From Alphaproteobacteria bacterium (GTDB taxonomy: Bacteria; Pseudomonadota; Alphaproteobacteria; UBA11073): 64,000 nt of DNA. Positions within the stretch are counted from its first letter, which is position 1. Every line of letters starts with the position of its first letter. The position numbers and the translations under genes were made by a program. The stretch lies in contig OZ251979.1 of assembly GCA_965246755.1 (NCBI GenBank), positions 1,665,129 to 1,729,128 of the forward strand, in the 5' to 3' direction. A model generated the notes under the pieces. The model was not told the origin of the DNA, made no database searches, and saw only the letters and a program-made list of their open reading frames with translations. Below, one piece after another: positions 50,644 to 61,000 of this stretch.

Positions 50644-52824
50644 ATGAGTATAAAAAGAAAAGCCAGACATTTACGACCAAGCGCTGATGCTATCGCAGAT
50701 AGCGTGCCTTCTGCCACCTCTACTCTTACCTCACATCCTGTACAAACTTGGTTTAATGCTTTTGATGCTAAATCTGCATCACCAGCCGATAGAGTGTTGT
50801 ACAATGCTGTTAAAGGCGCAGAGGTTGCTTTTTATAATCGCCAATTTGAAACACCCAAACCCGGCGAAAAAAAATCTCCCGACGAGTTGCGCAATCCGCG
50901 TAGCGTGCTGATCACAGCGCGTGAGCGTTTTATTTATTTCGGAACAATTGCCGCGATTGAAGCGCAAGAGGCTTTGGCTATTTTAGAAGCACAATTGGCT
51001 AAAGCCCGCCTTAAAGGCAGTCATCACAGTTTGCCAAAAATAGTTAAACTTAAAACTGATATTGAAGCGACAAAACAAAAAGTGGAAAGTTCACGTTTGC
51101 GTGAAAGCAACGAACGAAGCAACGAGTTGGAATGGCATATAAACACGATTGGTGACGAAACAAATAAACGGCGTTTTGTAGAAATTCCTTTATCTTTTCA
51201 ATTTGCGGCGCAATTTTATGATGCAGTGCGCTTGGGTTTAATTAAAGAAAAAGATGTTAACAAAGAAGCCAGCCGAATTGCTAATCAATGCCAGCTTACA
51301 ACGTATCATTATGAACCACATCAAAGTTTTGGTGATGCAGTTACTGCGTGGTTTACACATCCCGCCCTTACCGCTTTGCCGCCATACCTTCCTGATCAGG
51401 AAACATTAGAGCAACATGAATATAATGGTCGTAAATTCCACAATTATTATGAAATTTTAAAGTTGCCTGTCGCAGAGCGGGAACAACAATTGACGGCAAT
51501 GCGATTGATTGAAGCAAAACGCATTAAATTACAAGAACAGGTGGAACAACAATTTAATCATATTGCTGATAAATTTGCAATTGAAAATGATCGGCCGGAA
51601 GTTTCCGGATGTGAAAAGGGGCACGACCGGATTATTCAAAAAAATTCTGATGACGTCAGCATGACAAATATGGGAGATTTGCAACGGGCAACTTTTGTCG
51701 TCCAGAATTATGCAGAGGCGCGCGCTTTGTTACGCTTTGTAAATGAAGATGACAGTATATATGTAATGGAAGTGACTGATGTACATGCGAAACCTTTTAT
51801 GGGCTATCGCGGTCATCATTTTAAATTTGCTTTGCGCCGAGACAAAAAATCGATAGTTTTATGCGAGGGCAAAATTTTAACGCCTGATATGCATGCAGCC
51901 CAATTGCATTATGGTGGTGATGCCACTTATCGGCTTAAACGTGACACAGAGTTAAATAGCAAAAGAGAGCTGAAAGCCTTTAAAAAAGCTACTGATAAAA
52001 TAGACAAGCAATTTGAAAAAATTGCCAAGGAAATGATCGCCTGGTTTCACATCAACGCCGGACATGAAAGAAAAAATTGGCTACCAGATGATGAATTTAG
52101 GGTAGAACGCACACTACTGCGTGACATTATCCGCGATGACAAAGGTGAAGCGGCAAATTTTCAAGGCGTTATTGAAACGGCAGCGGATGTTACTGCACAC
52201 ATGCTGTCATATAATTTGACACCGCAGTTACGCGAGGCTTTTCTCGCTAAATTCAGTAACAGCAAATCTTGCAACGAACGTCTCTATTATACAGCGCGGG
52301 AAGAGCATGCAAAAATAAAAATGTTAGATCTAAGTGAAGAAAGAGCCTTTAGCGATATTAAATCTGCCATTAGCACAGCCAGTAATTTTCTTTTTGACAT
52401 TGCGGCCTATAATGATGGTTTGACACCTGAAATAGCGGGCCAGCCTCAAAACCCGTTTATCGCTTCCAGCCATACAAGTACACATTATACGTTACCGCCA
52501 GCTTGCCTGGTCGTATATGCAGCGGCAGATATTTTAACAAAACAGTTACAACGCGAAGAACGCTTGGAAAATCGCCACGTTGATTTCTTTCTGAGTGCTA
52601 TTGCCCAAACTGTCAAAACATTGAATTTAGAAATTGATGAACGTAAAATTACGAATACACCGCAAGGATATTTGGATGCTTTACATGCTTGTACAGCAAC
52701 CTTGCTGACGGATGATCCTGCGTCGCTGCAACTTTTAGAAAGATTATCGAACCGCACTAACCCGGTGCGCTTAGGTAGAGTGAGCCCGCCACAACGACGC
52801 GCTGGCGAACTGGTGCTGGCTTGA
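50644..52824 (+). CDS. AT-rich 726-aa protein with a degenerate RelA/SpoT-like nucleotidyltransferase domain
   Basis: Central 'KGHDRIIQK...DLQRATFVV...GYRGHHF...EGKILTPDM' follows the Syn1-Syn4 motif order. Confidence 0.6.
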   Translation: MSIKRKARHLRPSADAIADSVPSATSTLTSHPVQTWFNAFDAKSASPADRVLYNAVKGAEVAFYNRQFETPKPGEKKSPDELRNPRSVLITARERFIYFGTIAAIEAQEALAILEAQLAKARLKGSHHSLPKIVKLKTDIEATKQKVESSRLRESNERSNELEWHINTIGDETNKRRFVEIPLSFQFAAQFYDAVRLGLIKEKDVNKEASRIANQCQLTTYHYEPHQSFGDAVTAWFTHPALTALPPYLPDQETLEQHEYNGRKFHNYYEILKLPVAEREQQLTAMRLIEAKRIKLQEQVEQQFNHIADKFAIENDRPEVSGCEKGHDRIIQKNSDDVSMTNMGDLQRATFVVQNYAEARALLRFVNEDDSIYVMEVTDVHAKPFMGYRGHHFKFALRRDKKSIVLCEGKILTPDMHAAQLHYGGDATYRLKRDTELNSKRELKAFKKATDKIDKQFEKIAKEMIAWFHINAGHERKNWLPDDEFRVERTLLRDIIRDDKGEAANFQGVIETAADVTAHMLSYNLTPQLREAFLAKFSNSKSCNERLYYTAREEHAKIKMLDLSEERAFSDIKSAISTASNFLFDIAAYNDGLTPEIAGQPQNPFIASSHTSTHYTLPPACLVVYAAADILTKQLQREERLENRHVDFFLSAIAQTVKTLNLEIDERKITNTPQGYLDALHACTATLLTDDPASLQLLERLSNRTNPVRLGRVSPPQRRAGELVLA

Positions 52825-54043
52825 CCATTATTTTGGATAAAGCGTCACGCAAATCTGCAGCAGCACTTAATTTTTCATAATCTAAAAGATTTTGTACATT
52901 TTCATAGCTTATCGATGCATGTCCCGGCACCGGCACTAGGGTGACACTCTCCATATAAGGTGCCAGCGTTTCCAAAAACGCCTTTACATCTTTATGCGCC
53001 TGCATGCCCATGATTAGACGCAGAGGTTTGCCATCCTGCGCCTGCCAGCGGCGGCATTGCTCGGCCAAGACCTCGGCGCCGCTGTCGTTATGCGCGCCGT
53101 CGATCCATAGCTCCGTGCCGTCGGGCAGCATCTCGAACAATGTTCCGCTGGTAATTTGCTGCAGCCGCCCCGGCCATTGGGTATGCGTCAGGCCGTGGGC
53201 AATGTGCTTATCGATAAGATGAGAGGCTGGAAGCTGGAGGCTGGAAAATAATTTAGCACATGTAATCGCCACGCCCGCATTCAAAACCTGGTGCGCGCCC
53301 ACCAAACTCGGCAACGGGTAATTGTGTGTTATTGTATTAAAGCGATATAATATGTTATTTGCCGTTTCCCGTACCGTCCAGCCGTTTTTATACTGATATA
53401 ACGGTGTGCCAACGGCTTCGGCATGCGCGGCAAATGTGTCGTATACTACCTCATCTTTTTGATAGCTGATCACACAGGGCACGCCCGGTTTCATGATGCC
53501 GGCCTTTTCCCCGGCAATTTCCCGTAGTGTATCGCCCAAAAATTCAGTGTGATCACGCGAGATGCGCGTGATCGCGCTGATGACAGGTGTCACGACATTC
53601 GTGGCATCCAGCCGCCCGCCCAAACCAACCTCGAGCAGCAGCACATCCGCCGGCACACCCGCGAACAACAAGAATGCCGCCACCGTGGTAATTTCAAAAA
53701 AGGTAATTGGCGCGCAGTCATTGGCGCGTTCGCATTTCTGCAATGCGGCCAGCAATGCGGCATCATCCACCAAAGTGCCAGCCAACCGGATGCGTTCATT
53801 GAATTTTATCAGATGCGGCGACGTGTAAACATGCGCATGCAGCCCCGCCGCCTCAAACATCACGCGCAGCATGGCGATAGTGGACCCCTTGCCATTCGTG
53901 CCCGCGACATGAATGACTGGCGGCAAGCGCTGTTCAGGGTTACCCAGCCGGTCCAGCAGCCGCGTGACCCGCGCCAGCGTCAGGTCGATTTTCTTGGGGT
54001 GCAACGACTCTAGATGTTTGAGATATTTATCAAGTTCCATCAT
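52757..54043 (-). CDS. folC: Folylpolyglutamate synthase/dihydrofolate synthase
   Basis: 'HVAGTNGKGS', 'YTSPHL..FNERI', 'EVGLGGRLDATN', 'WPGRLQ', 'DGAHN', 'GSLY'. Confidence 0.96.
   Translation of the reverse strand: MMELDKYLKHLESLHPKKIDLTLARVTRLLDRLGNPEQRLPPVIHVAGTNGKGSTIAMLRVMFEAAGLHAHVYTSPHLIKFNERIRLAGTLVDDAALLAALQKCERANDCAPITFFEITTVAAFLLFAGVPADVLLLEVGLGGRLDATNVVTPVISAITRISRDHTEFLGDTLREIAGEKAGIMKPGVPCVISYQKDEVVYDTFAAHAEAVGTPLYQYKNGWTVRETANNILYRFNTITHNYPLPSLVGAHQVLNAGVAITCAKLFSSLQLPASHLIDKHIAHGLTHTQWPGRLQQITSGTLFEMLPDGTELWIDGAHNDSGAEVLAEQCRRWQAQDGKPLRLIMGMQAHKDVKAFLETLAPYMESVTLVPVPGHASISYENVQNLLDYEKLSAAADLRDALSKIMVKPAPVRQRVVVAGSLYLSAPG
53222..53249. repeat. Heptamer repeat arm inside folC
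   Basis: AGAGGCT GGAAGCT GGAGGCT GGAAAAT. Confidence 0.55.
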
Positions 54044-54049
54044 GAGATG

Positions 54050-54120
54050 GGATGCTGGAGGTTGGAGGCTGGATAATCAAGTGGCAAAATTTCCGTCTCC
54101 AATTTCCAATCTCCAGCCTC
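54050..54120. repeat. Heptamer tandem-repeat hairpin in the folC/hrcA divergent spacer
   Basis: GGATGCT GGAGGTT GGAGGCT GGA ... TCCAATT TCCAATC TCCAGCC. Confidence 0.7.
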
Positions 54121-54155
54121 TTGTTTATCAACGGACCGCGCCTTAAGTTGTGCCC

Positions 54156-55193
54156 ATGACCACCCAGTTTGAACAGATCGGCACCCGCGCGCAGCATATC
54201 TTGCGCATGCTGGTGGATACCTATCTGGAAACGGGCGAACCGGTGGGTTCGCGCACGCTATCACGCCTGCTCGGCACTTCGCTGTCCCCCGCCACCATTC
54301 GCAATGTGATGGCGGATCTGGAGGACGCCGGGTTGTTGTTTTCGCCGCACACCTCGGCCGGGCGGCTGCCGACGCCAGTCGGTTTGCGCTTTTTCGTGGA
54401 TGCACTGTTGGAACGCCGCACACTGTCCGATCAGGAGCGTTTGAGCCTCGAATCCGACTGCGCGCAGGACAACCGCGATGCGCTGCGCACGCTGGAAAAG
54501 GCCTCCAGCGCGCTGTCCGGTCTGTCCGGTTGCGCCGGGCTGGTGCTGGCGCCAAAGACCCAACCACTGATCAAGCAAATTGAGTTCGTGCCGTTGGGCC
54601 CCGGCCGCGCGCTCGTCGTCATTGTCGATCATGACGATAATGTGGAAAATCGCCTGTTGGAATTACCGGTTGATGTGTCGGTCGCGTCCCTCGTCAGCGC
54701 CAGCAATTATATGACGGCGCGTCTCGCCAATAAAACCATGGATGAGGCGCGCGGTATCATCACCGCTGAAATTTCCGCGCAACGCAGCGAGCTCGACCGG
54801 CTGGCGGCGCAGGTGGTGGCGACCGGCATGGCGGCCTGGTCGGGGCAGACGGGTCAGCTGATTGTACGCGGCCAATCCCAGCTGCTGAATAACGTCAAGG
54901 CGCTCGATGACCTGGAGCGCATCCGCAAGCTGTTTGCGCTGCTGGAACAACGCGAAAGCATGCTCAAACTGCTGGAAATGGCCGATCATGCCGCGGGCGT
55001 GCAAATTTTTATCGGCGCCGAGCATGACCTGTTTTCCGACACCGGCTGTTCGATGGTGATTACGCCCTTCAAAAACACCCGCCAGCAAATTGTCGGCGCC
55101 ATCGGCGTCATCGGCCCCACGCGCTTGAATTATGCGCGCATCATCCCTATGGTTGACTATACCGCAACCGTGCTTAGTAAACTGCTTGGATAA
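54156..55193 (+). CDS. hrcA: Heat-inducible transcription repressor
   Basis: 'GEPVGSRTL', 'SPATIRNVMADLE', 'PHTSAGR.PT', 'GVIGPTRLNY'. Confidence 0.97.
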   Translation: MTTQFEQIGTRAQHILRMLVDTYLETGEPVGSRTLSRLLGTSLSPATIRNVMADLEDAGLLFSPHTSAGRLPTPVGLRFFVDALLERRTLSDQERLSLESDCAQDNRDALRTLEKASSALSGLSGCAGLVLAPKTQPLIKQIEFVPLGPGRALVVIVDHDDNVENRLLELPVDVSVASLVSASNYMTARLANKTMDEARGIITAEISAQRSELDRLAAQVVATGMAAWSGQTGQLIVRGQSQLLNNVKALDDLERIRKLFALLEQRESMLKLLEMADHAAGVQIFIGAEHDLFSDTGCSMVITPFKNTRQQIVGAIGVIGPTRLNYARIIPMVDYTATVLSKLLG

Positions 55194-55207
55194 TAAAGAC
55201 GAACGAC

Positions 55208-55837
55208 ATGACACCTGAACCCGCCCCCCATAATAATAGTGATTTTGACCCGAACGAAATGACCGCGCCAACCGAGCTGGATGCCGATATTGCGGCAGCC
55301 GAGGCTGATTATGAGGCTGCCGATCCCAACGACCCGGCCGTGCGCATTGGCGCGCTGGAAGATCAACTGCTTGATTTAAAAGACAAGTCATTGCGCGCGC
55401 TGGCCGAGGCGGAAAACACCCGCCGCCGCGCCCAAAAGGACCGTGAGGAAATTGCCAAATTTGGCATTATGGAATTCGCGCGCGAGCTATTGATGATTGC
55501 CGATAATTTTGTCTTGGCGCTGGGCGCGATTTCCCCCGAGGCGCGCGGCAAGGACCCGGCGATTGACAATGTCGTGGCCGGCATTGAAATGACCGAGCGG
55601 CAGCTGCAGCAAACCTTTGAACGGTTTAACATCCGCAAATTTTCACCGGTCGATGCGATGGTTGACCCGAATTTACACGAAGTCTTTATGCAGATGGAAA
55701 ATACCGGCAAACCGCCCGGCACCATCGTCCAGGTCATCCAGCCCGGCTATACCATCCATGACCGCCTGCTGCGCCCCGCGCGCGTGGCTGTTGCCAAAGG
55801 CGAGCTTGAGACGAAGAAGGTTGATACGGTGGTTTAG
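55208..55837 (+). CDS. grpE: Nucleotide exchange factor GrpE
   Basis: 'LRALAEAENTRRR', 'DPNLHE', 'GY.IHDRLLRPARV.V'. Confidence 0.97.
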   Translation: MTPEPAPHNNSDFDPNEMTAPTELDADIAAAEADYEAADPNDPAVRIGALEDQLLDLKDKSLRALAEAENTRRRAQKDREEIAKFGIMEFARELLMIADNFVLALGAISPEARGKDPAIDNVVAGIEMTERQLQQTFERFNIRKFSPVDAMVDPNLHEVFMQMENTGKPPGTIVQVIQPGYTIHDRLLRPARVAVAKGELETKKVDTVV

Positions 55838-56347
55838 TTAAAAGGCTAATCCCAAAGCAGCGCGAGCTGTTTCAGGCATTCTTTTTAAATCATAAAGTGG
55901 TTCAAAGGTTAACCTTGCCAAAACTAATCCTTGATTAGATGGGATATCTTCGATACTTAAACCTTGTGCGGAGGCGAGGACATCCTTAGCTATGCGCTTT
56001 GTCCTTATGACATTGCCTGGATCATATGATTTCGGCGTTAATAAAACAACTTCATCGTCTGGATCGGCAACAACGCTGATTTTCTTTCCTGTTAAAAAGT
56101 TTTCAGCCGCTGCAAGACTTACTCTACTTATTTCATCAAATATATTATCTGCTTCAGAACACGTAGGTGCTGTCAGGGTTGATACAACTGATACATTGGC
56201 ACTGGCATCCGTTAAAACATCATACACCAAACCTGCGCTATAATAAGTAATGCCATACTTTTTTAAATCTGGCTCTTGCACCAATTTTTTTATGTCGTCA
56301 ATTACACATGCCTTTAAGTCAGCCTGTTGTTGTATAGTTAATGCCAT
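55838..56347 (-). CDS. Divergent DUF59/SufT-like Fe-S assembly protein with internal insertion
   Basis: 'GLVYDV', 'TLTAPTC', C-terminal 'LTFEPLYDLKRMPETARAALG'. Confidence 0.65.
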   Translation of the reverse strand: MALTIQQQADLKACVIDDIKKLVQEPDLKKYGITYYSAGLVYDVLTDASANVSVVSTLTAPTCSEADNIFDEISRVSLAAAENFLTGKKISVVADPDDEVVLLTPKSYDPGNVIRTKRIAKDVLASAQGLSIEDIPSNQGLVLARLTFEPLYDLKRMPETARAALGLAF

Positions 56348-56362
56348 GTTTTCTTTCCTTAA

Positions 56363-56962
56363 CTAAATTGTATCAGCACGATTTTTTAAAAACTTAATCA
56401 AGTTTTTTAAATCGCCACTTAATGTTTGCGCACCTACATTCCAGTTAGCTGGGATCAGGTTACCAGTTTTTTCATATTCCTGATGCGCGTCGGCGATGCG
56501 TAAGATTTCATCAATGTTACGGCCAATATGAAAATCTGTAATCAGTTGAGCACGCACCACACCAACTTTATCAATCATAAATGTCGCACGTAATGACAAA
56601 CTATTATTAACCAAAACATCATAGGCTTCGGAAATACGCCGCGCTGGATCTGCTAAAACAGGAAAGGGTAATTGTCCAATGCCGCCACTTTCTATGGGCA
56701 GCTGTGTCCAGCGTTGTAATGATAATTGGTTATCACAACTAATTACACAGATGGGAATATCTCGCTTTCTAAATTCGGAAAATCGATTTCGTAGCGCCAG
56801 TAATTCTGTTGGACATATGTATGAAAATGCCATGCTGAAAAAAAACAGAACGCTTAATTTATCCTTGGCAAAATCCCAATAATTAAAATCGCTTTCAATA
56901 TGCCCGTCCGGCATAACGGCAATAGTATTGAAATTAGGTGCATTTTTGCCAATAAAAATCAT
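56363..56962 (-). CDS. AhpC/Prx1-like peroxiredoxin, non-canonical
   Basis: 'IGKNAPNF', 'FFFSMAFSYICPTE', 'GGIG', 'LRATF.ID', 'GRNIDEILR', 'LIPANW'. Confidence 0.85.
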   Translation of the reverse strand: MIFIGKNAPNFNTIAVMPDGHIESDFNYWDFAKDKLSVLFFFSMAFSYICPTELLALRNRFSEFRKRDIPICVISCDNQLSLQRWTQLPIESGGIGQLPFPVLADPARRISEAYDVLVNNSLSLRATFMIDKVGVVRAQLITDFHIGRNIDEILRIADAHQEYEKTGNLIPANWNVGAQTLSGDLKNLIKFLKNRADTI

Positions 56963-58020
56963 TGCGGCGTGTTACCTTGCTCAGGTCCACTGGGTGGTTT
57001 AGCGAGTTGATATACTTGTCTTAACAATGTCGCCTGCTGTTGTACGGACATAGGATGCAAATCAGTTGGAATGCGACCAATAGGAGGCAATTTATAAATT
57101 CCTCTTTCGTCAGCGTAAGCAGCAAAAGCACCCGTAATAAATTTTTTACCGGCTTTTTCATAGCCAAAAAAACTAATAATAGCGCGCCCTGGCGACAGAA
57201 ATATACCAGTTGGGCTATCATCAGATGTCAGAACAAAACTGTTTTTATCATCAGTCATCAATCGGTAAACAGCCGGTTTGGTTAGTTGATAAGAAAATAT
57301 ATTCCCGTATTGCGGCAAGGCTTGCACATGTTCTGGATGATCTTTAGCCATGACTTCGGCATAACCATCGTGAATGCGACGTAATGTTTTTTGTGTTTGA
57401 GTTGAAACAAAAGTTGCAGTTGCCGCCACAGAGGCTTTAAAATCTCTTAACAATTCATGGTCTTTACCAATAAGTTCCCCTGCAGTTTGTTGACGCATGT
57501 GTGTGGGCATGTTTGATGGATAGATTTGTGCAATATCAACACCAAATGCATCAATCAATACTGGTGTTTCTTCACTGCCGCGTAATTTATATGGACTGGT
57601 AAAACTTTCACCTCGCATGGCAGGAACAGCATAACCCATTAGAACATCAGAGTCTGCTAAAGCTGCACCAGTACTAAATCTCGCGGGTGCAGTATCGTCC
57701 GTGGCAGGGATTAAAGTAACAATTTCACTTTCTTGTACTTGCGCGGATGTTTTGATACGAGGCCATTCTTTACCTTCTTCAATCCAAAAAGAACCTTCGC
57801 CGCGTATCCAGATAACTGTATCCGGCTCCAAAGGAAAAGTATAATTTACAGTTAATGCTTTTAAGCCGCCAAAGTCGGTTAAACATATTAATATTTCAGG
57901 ATCACCATCAATTGTTCGACTAAAAACGCCGATAGGAAAGTTATATAAAGACCCTTGTCCTCGAAAATGATAAATAATTCCATTGCATGAAATTTGATAA
58001 TGTTGTGGAAAATCTGACAT
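56959..58020 (-). CDS. AT-rich orphan hypothetical protein
   Basis: 353-aa ORF; stop overlaps the peroxiredoxin start; TTGACA upstream. Confidence 0.7.
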   Translation of the reverse strand: MSDFPQHYQISCNGIIYHFRGQGSLYNFPIGVFSRTIDGDPEILICLTDFGGLKALTVNYTFPLEPDTVIWIRGEGSFWIEEGKEWPRIKTSAQVQESEIVTLIPATDDTAPARFSTGAALADSDVLMGYAVPAMRGESFTSPYKLRGSEETPVLIDAFGVDIAQIYPSNMPTHMRQQTAGELIGKDHELLRDFKASVAATATFVSTQTQKTLRRIHDGYAEVMAKDHPEHVQALPQYGNIFSYQLTKPAVYRLMTDDKNSFVLTSDDSPTGIFLSPGRAIISFFGYEKAGKKFITGAFAAYADERGIYKLPPIGRIPTDLHPMSVQQQATLLRQVYQLAKPPSGPEQGNTPQ

Positions 58021-58095
58021 TCAATATCTTTCTTATTAAAGTTTATTCCTTGAATTTGGATACTAACTACAAAGCTAAATTAACTGTCAAGTTTT

Positions 58096-61000
58096 TTATC
58101 CGCCTGTGCCGGGTTGCGGTAATTGTTGGCCGCGTCCACCACGACCTGTTGGGGCTGCTGCTGGCACTTGGTTTTGATTGGCGCGTAGTTCCGCGTCACG
58201 CTGTGCTTGTAGTTCTGCTAAACGCGCTTGTTTGGCAGGGTCTAAATTTGCCCCTGACTGCGCGCGCTGTTCAGCCGCTTGACGTTCTCTTTCTTCAGCA
58301 GCGGCGATAATAGGGCCCATCACACGACACTTCTTCGGGTCACCAGTATATCCATTAAGGGCATGGTAACTTTGTCCGGCCAAACGCATCTCTTCAGAGA
58401 TTGTACCCCATAAATTTTCTGGGATGTTATAATCTCTAAAAGTTTTTTCAATTTGTGGAGGAACTTCTTTAAAGGCTGTTTCCGCGGTTGGATGCGAAGA
58501 AATTACTCTATCTTCATCTGGCCTAGTTTGAAACGGATTTGGTGCTTCATTGGCAACTGGCACAACTTGCTCACTGACCGCAGCAATTTTTTGTGCACGT
58601 TCCTCTGACGCCATAGCGTCTTTAAAACCGCAAGGTTCATTACAGGTTTTGCAATTTTTGCCACAGGCTGATTTTTGCTCGGGCGTTAAATTTCTTTGAT
58701 TGTAAATATCTACATAGCGCGGATCATTAAAATTTGATGGTGTTGCTTCGCTAACGCGATCAACAACTGGCGCATTATAATTCGTTAACTGACCTTGTTG
58801 AACATCATTGGCTGATTGTTGAGCCTGTGCTGATTGCGCATTGTTATTTGTGACATTATTTATAACTAGTGTAGATTGATTTGCATCATTTTGGGTGCGC
58901 AATTGGGGTTTTTTTTCGCGCTCGGCGTTGACTATAACTGTCTTTGGTTGTGGCGTTACATCCTCTTTTAAAGCTCCACTATCAATCAAATATTTGCGCT
59001 CAGCAGCAGTCAAGCTGCCTTTAGTAAGCAATGTTTTAACCACTTGATCGGCAGTCATCGTACCATCGGCAAGCGCGCGCATCGCGTCGCTGGTATCTGG
59101 TTTTACCGCAGATACTATTTCCTGCGCATTAACTGCCAACGCTAGATTACTGCCTTCACGTGCCAGCAAGCCATATTTTTCCAACAAATTACGCGCTTGT
59201 GTATTACTGAGTGATTGCTGAAGCAGCATGATTTCAGCAGAGGTTAGCCCGCTGGTTTTATTTAAAATACTGCCAAGGTCCAGATCATTTTTTACTGGCA
59301 CAGCGGGCGCGTTTTGTGCGGCTTCCAAATTTTTTGCCACAGTTGCCATGCCGATGGACGGCATGTGATCAACTGGCTGCAATTCACCAATCTGTGTAAC
59401 TATTCTACCCACTTTATTTTCATTTGCTGCGGGAGATGCGACATCGTTTGCAGTTAAACTGGCATTCTCCCGCGCCGCCTGAGAGGCCGCATTTTCGTTC
59501 GCCGGTTGCGTTTGCGCCTGAACAATTTGTTGGGCAAGCTTTTTAAATGCAATATTATCGGCCAGGGCCGGATTGTCCTGCAGCGCAGTGACGAGTTCCG
59601 CGGCGCGTTGAGCCGTCATGGCGCCAGCAACATCGGCAGGTGATAATGCAAGGCCGGCATCCTGGGCCAGTGTGCGTAGCTCCGTTTGCAATGCAACATC
59701 AACAGTTGGTGCGGTGGCGCGCGCCGTCTGCGGAACAGCTTGCGGATCATCAAATCCGCGTAGGCTATTTGCCATAACATCGATTTGTTGAAGCAATGCC
59801 GCTGATACGCCAGCATTGGCGGCATCGTTTGATACATCTTTTAAAAGCGCGGCCAGCGCCCCCGGTGTGATCGAGGATAGACTGCCATCAGCCAAAGTCG
59901 TAGGCAGTAGGCTGACTGCCGTGTCATGTTCGCTGAGCGCGGTGTGCAGACCTGATAAATCCAATTCCTGCACCACACCCAATTGCGCGGCTTGCTGCAC
60001 CGCCAGCAGGATATTAGCCAAGGCCTTCGGATCCAAATTATTCGCTAATGCATCATCCAAGCGCGCTTGCAGCGATGCCGCTATGTGCGTTTCAGCGTCA
60101 ACCGCTTCAACCTCAACCGGCTGATCCGGATTGGCCGGCGTCAAGACATTCAGATGCGCGCGGTGCGTGTCCGCTGTTCCAGCCGCTGCAATGTCACGTA
60201 ATTGTTCCTGCAACAGCGCCTGACGCGCCGGCAATTCAATGGCGCTGGTGTTTTCCAATTCCACCGCCAGATCAACCAACAGTTGTGGCACGTCCTCAGC
60301 TGCGGTGGCGGCGAGCGCTGCCGCTTTCAATAGTGCCAGCGCCTCCGCATAGGCCGGGTCTAATGCCGCCTTTGCGGCCAGGCGTTCAATGGCGTCATCC
60401 AACAGGGAGGATTTTTCAAAATTGCCAACCTTGTCGCGCAGCAGCGGCTGGTCCTGCAGGGTGGCATCCTCGCGCAGATTTTGCAGCGTCAGTTTGCCGG
60501 TGACAAGCTTGCCGCCCAATTCCGCCAACCGCAGTTTTTTCAGCGGATCTTGCTCTGCGGCATGCAGTTTATTGATAACAGTCAGCAATTCATTTTGCTG
60601 GTCCGGCGTTAATTGTTTGTTGGCAATTTTGGTTTTGCCGCCATCAATGACATCAAACTTTAATTCACTGTCTCGATTGCGGCGGCGGCCAGGCGTGGCA
60701 CGCGTGCCATTAAACAAAATATCTGCCGCACCCAAGGCAACTTTGCCAACGGTCAGATTTTTATCAGGCACCGTGCGCGGGCCAGCAGCGGTATTTTGCA
60801 GGTTGTTTTTAACAACATCGGCAACCGATTTTTCAATACTTTCGATAAACAGACGCACTTCATTACCAGCGGCCATCCGCTCGCTGGGAATTTCACCAGG
60901 ACCAAGATTGTATTGTTGACGCATATGGCGTGCATTGCGCACTTCTGCAGCGCGACCACTGCTTTCAGATAACATATATACGGTTGAATCACCGTTTATA

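Noticed and set aside
54044-54155. CIRCE operator upstream of hrcA-grpE
   Set aside because: No TTAGCACTC-N9-GAGTGCTAA is present; the spacer is filled by the heptamer hairpin.
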